Assembly: GCF_044704955.1 (NCBI RefSeq)
Contig: NC_091984.1
Coordinates: 146,878,001 to 146,942,000, forward strand
Direction: 5' to 3'
Length of the DNA: 64,000 bases
Origin: Pristiophorus japonicus
Lineage: Eukaryota
This document shows positions 50,370 through 61,130 of the stretch, piece by piece (the first letter of the stretch is position 1; every line of letters begins with the position of its first letter). Below the pieces are notes generated by a model. The model was not told the DNA's origin and did not search any database. It saw only the letters and a program-made list of their open reading frames with translations. Both the position numbers and the translations under genes were made by a program.

Positions 50370-51880
50370 GCTGAATGCTAGGAGAGGCATTAAAAAGCAG
50401 CACCTCAAAGGTAGTAATCCCCGGATTACTCCCAGAGGCACCTGCTAGTGAATACAGAAACAGGAGGATAGAGAAGGTGAATGTGTGTCTGGAGAGATGG
50501 TGCAGGAGGAAGGGCTTTAGATTCCTGAGGCATTGGGACCATTTCTGGGGACGTTGGACCTGTACAAACTGGACAGGTTGCACCTCAACAGAGCCGGGAC
50601 CAATATCCTCATGGGGGGGATTTGCTCGTGCAGTTGGGGAGGGTTTAAACTAGCTTGGAAGGGGAATGGGACCCGGAGAATAGATTCAGTGGGGAGAGAA
50701 GTAAAGCTGAAATTGGGCAGCAGAGAAGTAGAAAGTGAATTTGGAAGACAGAGTAAAGAAGGGCTGGAAAATAGACAACAAGGCAGTTGGCAGTGCCAAA
50801 TGGTATATACTTCAATGCAAGGAGTATAGGGAATAGGGGATGAGCTGAGAGCATAGATAGACACTTGGGAGTACGATATTATCGCTATTACTGAGACATG
50901 GCTGAAAGAAGGACAGGTATAGCAGCTCAGCATTCCTGGTTACAGGGTTTTCAGACGGGATAGAAAGGGGGATAAAAAAGGAGGGGGTCTCAGTATTAAT
51001 TAAAGAAACAATTGCAGCTGTGAGAAGGAGTGATATGTTAGAGTGGTCATCAAACGAGGCCATATGGGTTGAATTGAAGAACAAAAAAAGGGTGATCACA
51101 CTACTGGGACTGTACTGTAGACCCCCAAACAATCGGAGGGAGATAGAAGAACAAATATTTGGGCAAATTGCTGCGAAGTGCAAAAACTATAGAGCTGTAA
51201 TAATGGGGGATTTCAACTACCCGAATATTAACTGGGAAAAAAGTAGTGTGAATGGTACAGAATTCCTAAAATGCATTCAGGAGAATTTCTTTAGCCAGTA
51301 TGTAACAAGTGTACCAGATGGCGGGCGGTCGAGGGGGTCGTTCAGCCTGAATGCCTGCCTCTTTTCTGCGGGTACATTCGAGCCACGGTGTCCCTGGAGA
51401 TGGAGCACGCGGTGTCCAGCAGTACGCTCGCGGCCTTCCGCGAAACGTGGGCACCGGAGGGACTGGAGTGTGTCATCACCCCCGGCAACCAAATTTTAAT
51501 TTGATCCTTTAAATGTCAAAAGTTTAATTTGTTTAATGTGTCGGTTTTAGTGCACCTTTAAGAATGGGACACTTTATTCATCGTTTCATCAAAATAGTTG
51601 TAACAAGTCCAACAAGGGAGGGGGCGGATCTGGACTTGGTTTTGGGGAATGAAGAGGGGCAGGTGGAAAGGGTATCAGTGGGAGAGCATTTTGATGCCAG
51701 TGATCATAATTCAGTTAGATTTAGGGAAGTTATGGAAAAGGACAAAGGTGGACCTGGATTAAAAGTTCTCAATTGGGGAAAAGCCAATTTTGCTGAGCTG
51801 TGATGGGATTTGGCCAAAGTGGACTGGAAACGGCTACTTGAAGGTAAATCAGTGTCAGAGCAGTGGGAGGCGTTCGCGGA
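50370..51880 (+). mobile_element. CR1 ORF1 3' part and endonuclease fragment
   Basis: GFRFLRHWDHFWGR, LYCRPPN, MGDFNYPNINW, LDLVLGNE, SDHNSV. Confidence 0.85.
51311..51598 (+). mobile_element. 5'-truncated Tx1-like element inserted in CR1
   Basis: Perfect 10-bp TSD TGTAACAAGT (51301-51310, 51599-51608); coding remnant CLPLFCGYIRATVSLEMEHAVS...WAPEGLEC. Confidence 0.8.
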
Positions 51881-54104
51881 GGATACCTCTACCACCCTTT
51901 CAGGCAGTGAGTTCCAGACCCCCACCATCTTCTGGGTGAAGTAATTTCCCCTCAAATCTCCTCTATACCTCCCCCCAATTACTTTAAATCTATGCCCCCT
52001 GGTTTTTGACCCCTCTGCCAAGGAAACCAGGTCCGTCCTATCCACTCTATCCAAGCCCCTCATAATTTTATACACCTCAATCAGGTCTCCCCTCCGCCTC
52101 CTCTGTACCAAAGAAAACAACCCCAGCCTATCCAATCTTTCCTCATAGTTAAAATTCTCCAGTCCAGGCAACATCCTCGTAAATCTCCTCTGTGCCCTCG
52201 GTTTAACATCTCATCCGAAGAAATCGTACTGTTAATTAAACACTGAAGGCAAGAACTTTGAAGTGGTGGGAATACTCAATGTATCAAGACAGGAACATTG
52301 TAAACATTGATTGTGACATCATGCACTCACAACCTCCCCATAGTATGCACAATGTGAGCACCAGACCCTAGGACAGAACCCAAGGAGATGTGCCCAGCAC
52401 CAATCCAGGACAATGATCAATGTAAAGCCAAAGCTGAATGTTATCAGGGCTGCTTTGCCGATGATTGCCCTGTGATCGCGGGCACCAGCAGCACACACAC
52501 CTCTTGTGGGTACAGTCGTGTTGTGGTTATGTTGCTGCAGAGCACTCCACAGGCCTGCACTAATAATCCCCACAATCTCACCATGGCCCTTTGACTATTT
52601 CAATTCAGTTCTTTTTTAAATTCTAGAAATAAAAAGCTGGTCTCAGTAAACGTGACCACAAAGCTATCAAATTGTCACAAAAGCCCAATTGGTTCAGTGA
52701 CGTCCTTTCGGGAAGGAAACCTGCCGTCCTTGCCACATAAAAGGTTACTGCCCAAGATAAGAGCTCATGGTGTTAGGGGTAATATATTAGCATGGATAGA
52801 GGATTGGCGAACGAACAGGAAACAGAGAGTGGGGATAAATGGGTCATTTACAGTTGGCAAACTGTAATTAATGGGGTGCCGCAGGGATCAGTGCTGGGGC
52901 CTCAACTATTTACAATCTATATAAATGACTTGAATGAAGGGACCGAGTGTAATGTAACCAAATTTTCTGATGTACAAAGATAGATGGGAAAGCAAGTTGT
53001 GAGGAGGACGCAACGATTCTGCAAATGGATATAGACAGGTTGAGTGAATGGGCAAAGATTTGTCAGATGGAGTATAATGTAGGAAAATGTGAGGTTATCC
53101 ACGTTGGTAGGAAAAACAAAAAAGCAGATTATTATTTAAATGGGGAGAGATTACAAAATGCTGCGGTACTGTTCATTGATATCTTCCTGCAGTCTACAGC
53201 TTTCTTCTTCATTATCAACCACACAGCCGATTTTAGTATCATCTGCCATCTTCTGAATCATACTCACTACATTGAAGCTAAATCACTGATATATACCACA
53301 AAAAGTAAGGGACCCAGCACTGAGCCCTGCGGAGCCCCACTGGAAACAGCCTTCTAGTCACAAAAACACCCATCAACCATTACCCTCTGCTTCCTGCCTC
53401 TGAGCCAATTTTGGATCCAGCTTTTCACTTTGCACTGGATCCCATGGGCTTTTACTTTCATGACAAGTCTGCCATGTGGGACCGTATCAAAAGCCTTGTT
53501 AAAATCCATACACACGACATCATATGCACTGTCCTCCTCGATCCTCCTGGTTATCCCCTCAAAAAATGGAATTAAGTTATTCAGACATGACCTTCCCTTA
53601 ACAAATCCATGCTGACTGTCCTTGATTAATCCGTGTTTTGTTAAATGAAGATTCCTCCAATCCCGCCCCCGAGGTTAGGCTGACTGACCTGTAGTGACTC
53701 GATCTATCCCTTGCTCCCTTTTTAAACAAAGGTACCACGTTTGCAGTCCTCCAGTCCTCCGGTACCTGGGATTGCAATGTCAGCATCGCCCCTCTCGGCC
53801 AGCTCGGTCAGTAGTGGTGCTACCGAGACACTCTTGGTGATGGACAGTGAAGTTTCCCACCCAGAGTACATTCTGTGCCCTTGCTACTCTCAGTGCTTCT
53901 TCCAAGTGGTGTTCAACATGGAGGAGCACTGATTCATCAGCTGGGGGAGGGCGGGAGGTGGTAATCAGCAGGAGGTTTCATTGACCGTGTTTGACCTGAT
54001 GCCATGAGACTTCATGGGGTCCGGAGTCAATGTTGAGGACTCCCAGGGCCACTCTCTCCCGACTGTATACCACTGAGCTACCACCTCGTGTGATGGAGGA
54101 GTCT

Positions 54105-54950
54105 GGGACATTGGCTGAAAGGTCTGATTCTGTGAGTAGGGCTATGTTAGGCTGGTGTTTGACTAGTCTGTGGGGCAGCTCTCCCACTTTTGGCACAAGT
54201 CCCCAGATGTTGGTGAGGAGGACGTTGCAGGGTCAGCACTGAGCCTGGGTCCGCTGTCCTAGCCGGTCCGAGCTGCTGTTATTCTGCCTGATTGGACGGT
54301 TATTATTAGAGACTCAGACCACAGCAGAAATCACCTGTGCAAAAAATAACTGAAGAGACTGTCAGATCGGAAGAATAAAACTTCACCCACAGAGGAAGTG
54401 AAAGAGGGAGGTTGTCACAGCTGTACGTTTGTTAATGACACGGGAGAAAACTGTGAACTGCGCTCACAGCCTAGAATCTTACAGCACAGAAGGAGGCCAT
54501 TCGGCCCGTCGTGCCTGTGCTGGCTCTTTGAAAGAATTACCCAATTAGTCCCACTCCCCCTCTATTTTCCTGTAACCCAGCAAATTGTTCCTTTTCAAGT
54601 ATATATCCAATTCCCTCTTGCAGATCTGGGCCCACAGCACTAGACTGCCCCTAACCTGGGCACAACATTAGCATCTCATTCATTCACTGGGACAGGAAAT
54701 GCCTGGTGTGTGAAATGGAGCCCAGGGCTCTGAACATTCCCTCTCCTCTCCTGAGGAAGGCTTCATGCTGGGGTCCAGTTCCATGGGCCCCGACAGCACG
54801 TTCTGACATCACCCACTTCCCCATTCAACGTGTGTAAGCCTGGATCCTCTCAGCAGGATATCCGACTGCAGGAGGCCTCACCACTGAGTCCAGCACTGTC
54901 CTCACCCGAAATCCACACACAGTCTGCATTGATCGGGAGCCTTTAACATG
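54105..54950 (+). repeat. Inverted paralog of 39715-39975 and 42385-42840
   Basis: Reverse-complement similarity read directly; the ORF pair 42366-42587(-) and 54398-54643(+) shares CHSCTFVND.GENCELRSQPRILQHRRRPFGPSCLC. Confidence 0.85.
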
Positions 54951-55094
54951 CCAAAGGTCTCAAGACACTTCACATCGCTGCTGTAAGAACGGGGGGAGTA
55001 GGGGTTGGGGGAGCTTTAGGAAGGGTGATTGAAGACCTTTGTGAAAGGATGGTGTTTGATGAAGGAGAGAGAGCTGGAGAGGGGGAGGGATTAG

Positions 55095-57160
55095 AACATA
55101 AGGAATAGGAGTAGGCCATATGGCCCCTCAAGCCTGCTCCGCCATTTAATATGATCATGGCTGATCCGATCATGGACTCAATTCCACTTCCCTACCCGCT
55201 CCCCATAACCCCTTATCGGTTAAGAAACTGTCTATTTCTGTCTTAAATTTATTCAATGACCCAGTTTCACAGCTCTCTGAGGCAGCGAAGTCCACAGATT
55301 TATAACCCTCTGAGAGAAGAAATTCCACCTCATCTCAGTTTGAAATGGGTGGCCCCTTATTCTAAGATTATGCCCTCTAGTTCTAGTCTCCCCTATCATT
55401 AAAAACATCCTCTCTGTATCCACCATGTTGTTGTCGGCATTAGGCACCTGCTGAATATATCAAAACACTAGGCATTAGGCACCTGCTGAATATATCAAAA
55501 CTCATATAAGTTTAAAGTGGCCACACATAAAATGGCTGTCCAGGCATGATGGGAAATCAGGTAGTCAAGCTGTGAACTATTGACTGAGGCTGACCGAGCA
55601 ATAACCCTGTGAGGCCCACTGCCAGGAATGCCTTGGATACAAGATAACTATAACAAACCATTATAACTCCACACAGCAGAGCCCCGAGAAATAGAGATAA
55701 GGGGGGCCTACATCACATAACGAGGGCATGAATCAGCCCGAGCTGACAAGAACCGAATATGTAACTCTAATAAGGAGGCTACCCAAAGACAGCACCCAAG
55801 ATAAAGGGGCCTGGACAATGTTACAAGATACATGAGTAATTCCTAGCAACACACCCCTTAGCAACGCATCTCTTGGCAACACATGAGCCACTTTACGTTT
55901 AGAGACTAACTCTATCTATTGGTCTAATTGAATCTATAATCAGTATGATTGGATAGTATCCAGCTGAAATGGGCTGATGTAACTGTAGTAAAGAACTATT
56001 GTAAAACATATAAATATCGATGAGTTTCTTTGTTCGGCGGAAAGAAGCCTGGATACAGTCCTGCGACTTCCTCCCTACTGGCGTTAATAAAGGCCGCACT
56101 GGCGTTGGAACCGACTCTGAGTGTTGAGTGATTCTTCTGATAAACTCTAACACTAACAGTGTCAAGCCCCCTCATAATCTTATATGTTTCAATAAGATCA
56201 CCTCTCATTCTTCTGATTTCCAATGAGTCGAGGCCCAACCTACTCTACCGTTACTCATAAGTCAACCCCCTTATCCCTGGAATCAACCAAGTGAACCTTC
56301 TCTGAACTGCCTCCAAAGCAAGTATATCCTTTCTTAAATATGGAAACCAAAACTTTATGCAGTGTTCCAGTTGTGGCCTCACCAATACCCTGTATAACTG
56401 TAGCAAACACTTCCCTACTTTTATACTCCATCCCCTTTGCAATAAAGGCCAAGATTCCATTGGCCTTCCTGATCACTTGCTATACCTGCACACAAACCTT
56501 TTGTGTTTCATGTACCAGGAACCCCAGGTCACGCTGTACTGTAGCACTTTGTTATTTTTCTCCATATAAATAATAACTTGCTCTTCGATTCTTTGCTGGA
56601 TTTTAAAAGCTTTCCAATCTTCTGCCCTCCCACTAGTTTTGGCCACATTGTATGCCCTTGTTTTTAATTGGATACCATCCTTTATTTCTTTAGTTAGCCA
56701 TGGATGGCTATCTTTTCTTTTACACCCTTTGCTCCTCACTGGAAGATATTATTCTTGAGAATTATTAAATATCTCCTTAAATATACGTCACTGTTCATCA
56801 ACCGTCCTAAATTTTAATCTATTTTCCCAGTCCACTTTAGCCAACTCTGCCCTCATACCTTTGTAGTCTCCTTTATTTAAGCTTAGTACGCTGGTTTGAG
56901 ATTCAACTTTCTCACCCTCCATCTGAATTTGCAATTCAACCATGTTATCATCACTCATTCCAAGGGGATCGTTTACTGGGAGATTGTTTATTAATCCTGT
57001 CTCATTACACTGGACCAGATCTAAGATAGCCTGTCCCCTGGTTGGTTCTGTTACATACTGCTCAAGGAACCCATCCCTTATGTCGTCGATGAACTCTTCT
57101 TCAACGCTACCCTGACCAATTTGATTTGTCGCATCAATATGGAGGTTAAAATCACCCATT
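55095..57160 (-). mobile_element. CR1 fragments hosting a solo LTR; 56590-57250 is paralogous to 1300-1960
   Basis: MGDFNLHID...QAILDLV; the same CR1-to-unique junction is seen near 1870-1960. Confidence 0.8.
55429..56158 (+). mobile_element. Solo LTR of the tRNA-Ser-primed family
   Basis: TGTTG...TAACA ends; flanks ATGT/GTGT; TATAAA near 56008; AATAAA at 56086-56091; homologous to the LTRs at 58129 and 63326. Confidence 0.9.
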
Positions 57161-57241
57161 ACAAGTCATACCACAACAACTTCCAGCGCGAGCTGCTCCA
57201 CGTGAGCAACGGCTTCGAGGTGGGCGATTGGGTGATGTCAT

Positions 57242-58128
57242 CAGCACCCAAGATAAAGGGGCCTGGACAATGTTACAAGATACATGAGTAATTCCTAGCA
57301 ACACACCCCTTAGCAACGCATCTCTTGGCAACACATGAGCCACTTTACGTTTAGAGACTAACTCTATCTATTGGTCTAATTGAATCTATAATCAGTATGA
57401 TTGGATAGTATCCAGCTGAAATGGGCTGATGTAACTGTAGTAAAGAACTATTGTAAAACATATAAATATCGATGAGTTTCTTTGTTCGGCGGAAAGAAGC
57501 CTGGATACAGTCCTGCGACTTCCTCCCTACTGGCGTTAATAAAGGCCGCACTGGCGTTGGAACCGACTCTGAGTGTTGAGTGATTCTTCTGATAAACTCT
57601 AACACTAACAGTGGCGTAGTCGGCAGTAGTCGCTGGACGCCCTTGGAAAAACCCGGGTGAGTATAAAAAAATGATTTTTAATTCTCAAGGGCACGGAAGG
57701 TGGATGCTGTTTGATCGACACGAGGAGACGGTCTAATATCGCAAACACCTAGCCTGAGCCTGAATTAGGAGGACTTTTGTCCCACGTGACGGCCAGGAAC
57801 CAAGTAGGCGTAGGGAACACACTTAGACCGTGGGATCGTGATACTGAAAGACATCTTCCGGACCCAGCAGAGTAATTTAAAATACACCCCGGGGTAGAGC
57901 CAAGCGGTGTACAGTGGCTAACGGAATCCAAACCTGTGAACAGGGTCGGACCAACGGGCCGAGCGGTGGTCGGTAGTCGTTAATGATACGTAGAGCGCTG
58001 CGGGAATTGCTTAAACGTGTTTTAAGTATTGTATAAGTTTGTGTAACAGCAGAACTTCTGACCTGACAGCAGCCCAGAGATGGTCGACAACAAGTTGTGC
58101 GAGATAAAAGGCAAACCTCTGAGAGTAG
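57242..58128 (+). mobile_element. 5'-truncated LTR (57242-57610), tRNA-Ser PBS (57612-57626) and leader of a second provirus, interrupted at 58128
   Basis: LTR end followed by TGGCGTAGTCGGCAG; the leader is homologous to the reverse complement of 62797-63324. Confidence 0.9.
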
Positions 58129-58801
58129 TGTTAGCGTGAATGTTTTCTCAGAAGAATCACTCAACACTCAGAGTCAGTTCCAACTCCAATGCGGCCTTTA
58201 TTAACGCTCAGCGGGGAGGAAGTCTCAGGACTGTATCCAGGCTTCTCTCCACTGAACAAAGGTTTTCATGGATCTTTATATGTTTTGCAACAGTTTACTT
58301 CAGTTACATACAACAGTTTACTGCAGTTACATGAGACCAATAGTGTTAGTTTCTAAACGTAAAGTGGTTCATGTGTTGCCAAGAGATGTGTTGCTAAGGG
58401 GTGTGTTGCTAGGGATGACTCATGTGTCTTGTAACATGGCCTGGGCCTCTCTTATCTTACTGTCCTTGGAAGCTGGCATTGGGTAGCCTCCTTATTAGAG
58501 TTACATATTCGGTTCTTGTCAGCTCGGGCTGATTCATGCCCTCGTTATGTGATGTAGGTCCCCCTTATCTCTATTTCTCGGGGCTCTGCTGTGTGGAGTT
58601 ACAATGGTTTGTTATAGTTATCTTGTATCCAAGGCATTCCTGGCAGTGGGCCTCACAGGGTTATTGCTCGGTCAGCCTCAGTCAATAGTTCACAGCTTGA
58701 CTACCTGATTTCCCATCATGCCTGGGCAGCCATTTTATGTGTGGCCACTTTAAACTTATATGAGTTTAGATATATTCAGCAGGTGCCTAATGCCTACAAC
58801 A

Positions 58802-58814
58802 ATTCCCTCCTTTC
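58802..58814 (-). other. Polypurine tract
   Basis: GAAAGGAGGGAAT immediately before the 3' LTR on the element strand. Confidence 0.85.
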
Positions 58815-58938
58815 GGTAAAGGGACTAGTCCTAGTCCTATTTAACCGACCGCCCTACCTTTATTAGATTTTGTGCACGGCCCGGTACTCCCTGCCTCAAC
58901 GTGCTGGCCAGTCACGCGGTTTCAGGAGTCCCGGTTGC

Positions 58939-60909
58939 TTAAATCAAATTGACAAAGGCCAAATCCTCCTGCCCCCTTATTAGACAGGCTTGTTTAGTAT
59001 CCGGGGAATGGTCATTGGTCCCTCTTCGTTGTGCGTGGTGCCTGCATGCCTGGCAGGCCATTATGCCCCATGTTATTGCTAAGATCAATTGTATCCCGAC
59101 CAGCATGTGTGAAATTATTCAAATCCAAGGATGGATGTTCACATTTATTCCCCAGTCCCAGACCTTTCTCCACCAACTCTGACTTTGTAAGTCTACATCG
59201 ATATCTTCTTCCAGTTTACTTTGATTTTAGTTTGCAGTTGGTGGTAGAGCTTTACGGATTGACCCACTCTGAGCCTCAACTCTCGTAATAACCTGGGTGA
59301 TATGCGCTTGCCCAATCGTGACAGGTCGTAGTGGCGTAAAGCAAAAGTTTGGCTGTGGTATAGGGCACTGCAGGTCATTATGAACGCTCTGTGGTAGAGA
59401 CGCAGTATCTTCCCTTCCCTCCGTAGCCTGCCCTCGCGAAGTGCCTGTGTGCGGGCACTATTTCTAGTACACATCCATCGGTTCGGTTAAACCCGCACTC
59501 GTCTAGCTCACCTCGGCCTACCGGGTGAGGGCATACTGTGATTTCCCCCATTTGCTTGCAATCTGTTAGGGAAATCCCGGAAATATGTTGTTTCGACGAA
59601 CGGCGGAAGTGGTGGTCAGGTAGTAACGTATGGAGACATTTTCCCGTATTACTCCGATATTCTCTAGTTGGTATAGGGGGAACGGCCCTGAGTCCGGCGT
59701 GGCTATAGGGATCATCAGGACTATCCCTATCCCAGTATTCCTACCCATCTGGCAATCTGGAATTGCTGGGTATACTCGGGTCAGTCCCTTCAGAGTACAA
59801 TTATCCAGTGTACCCCTCTGGTTAGCCAACTGAGCCAGATGTGAACTGCCTATCCAATCGGGTACTTCCCCGCGTTGGATCTGGTCGAGATTGTGGCGGA
59901 TCTGTCCTACCATCCACAGACCATAAGCGTGACAGAGTTGCCCCTATCTTTGCTTTCCTGTATCTTCTTTTTCTCTATCAATGAGGTGATTGATGGTTTT
60001 GGCGTGAGCTTCCAGGACTGAGATGCCATCCAACTGGATTTCTGCACCCTCCTTTCCTAGGTTGGCTTGGTCTTCCTGGTTTTGCTCCACCCTCTCATTT
60101 AACCCCTTCATCACACCTCTAAGCTGTTCCACCCTCTCATTTAACCCTTGTATGTCTATTTCCATCTTTATCCTGGGGGCTGACCCCTGTCCTCGGAATC
60201 TACTGGCACCCATTGCATCGGTAGCCTGCTGCATTACAACTTTACTTAATACATTGTACATCTTCCTTGACTGTTCTGTACAGTATTCTGGCATCTGGAT
60301 GCCTGAAATATTGATCAGGACAGGCACAATTTCATGTTTAACATTGTCATACAATAATTCCCCTTCGTTGTATATTACAATCCCATTCTCTGGTCCCTTA
60401 GTAGTTATGGACAAGGCAGTTCCTCGGGCAATGTAGTGGTTCTTATGGGGCGCGGTGTCGGAGTGGGTGAGAAGCATACATACAATGATATTGCAGCCGC
60501 CCCCACCTCCTCGTAGTACCCACACAGCCCCACTCCCTTTTTGCGGATGACTGATTGCCGGGATTGTCCCGGAGATGCGTAAATTATGCCGAAAGTACAT
60601 TCATCAGGCTCTTCGACATCCCTCCGTTTAATGCAGCTGCTCCTTATACCCGTGGAGCACTGTACACATACTCTTATTCTTATTAGGATTCTTATTAGGA
60701 TTCACTTGTAACCATGCATTAAAATAAGTCCTGTCCTTGCTCCAGTCCTTGGCTGCTGAGATGCACATTCCATCCGTTAAATTAAACAAGACTCCATAGT
60801 TCATGTAGTTGTTTATTTCCTGAGTGCACTGCAATCTGTCGGTGTCGTCCAGGGTATGTGCCTGTCGCAGGGCTATCCATATTACGAGGAGTGCCGTTCG
60901 TATTCCCAT
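58939..60909 (-). pseudogene. env: Degenerate env: class I fusion glycoprotein of paramyxo/pneumovirus F type
   Basis: Manual reconstruction across frameshifts and stops gives a signal peptide MGIRTALLVIWIALRQAHT, a heptad region, GIVLMIPI...LYQLENIGVI, a Cys-rich block (ISLTDCKQMGEITVCPHP...ECGFNRTDGC...YCVST...QCPIPQPNFCFTP), a second heptad, SWWRKVWDW and TM IISHMLVGIQLILAITWGIMAC. Confidence 0.8.
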
Positions 60910-61016
60910 TCTGGTAGGTATTATCTGTAATTTTAAACAGACGGCCTGGTCGTCACCAGGGGTTAGGTTTTGCTCTACGAGTATCCCTGTCACCCTGCGA
61001 AATCAGAAGCACAAGG

Positions 61017-61130
61017 TTATAATGGAACCATTTCGAGTTGAATCTGTGGGGCATGCGCCCGTGCCTTTACCCACTTAAATATTACCCAAACTCCTATTGT
61101 GACCAAGGCCAAAGCTATTCCTCCGAACAT
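61017..61130 (-). CDS. Putative 37-aa single-pass membrane microprotein upstream of env
   Basis: ATG...TAA encoding MFGGIALALVTIGVWVIFKWVKARAHAPQIQLEMVPL; too short for the supplied ORF track. Confidence 0.4.
   Translation of the reverse strand: MFGGIALALVTIGVWVIFKWVKARAHAPQIQLEMVPL

Noticed and set aside
52388-52594. Small Cys-rich ORF resembling a secreted peptide
   Set aside because: No signal peptide; the opposite strand looks more like a decayed Harbinger-type remnant.
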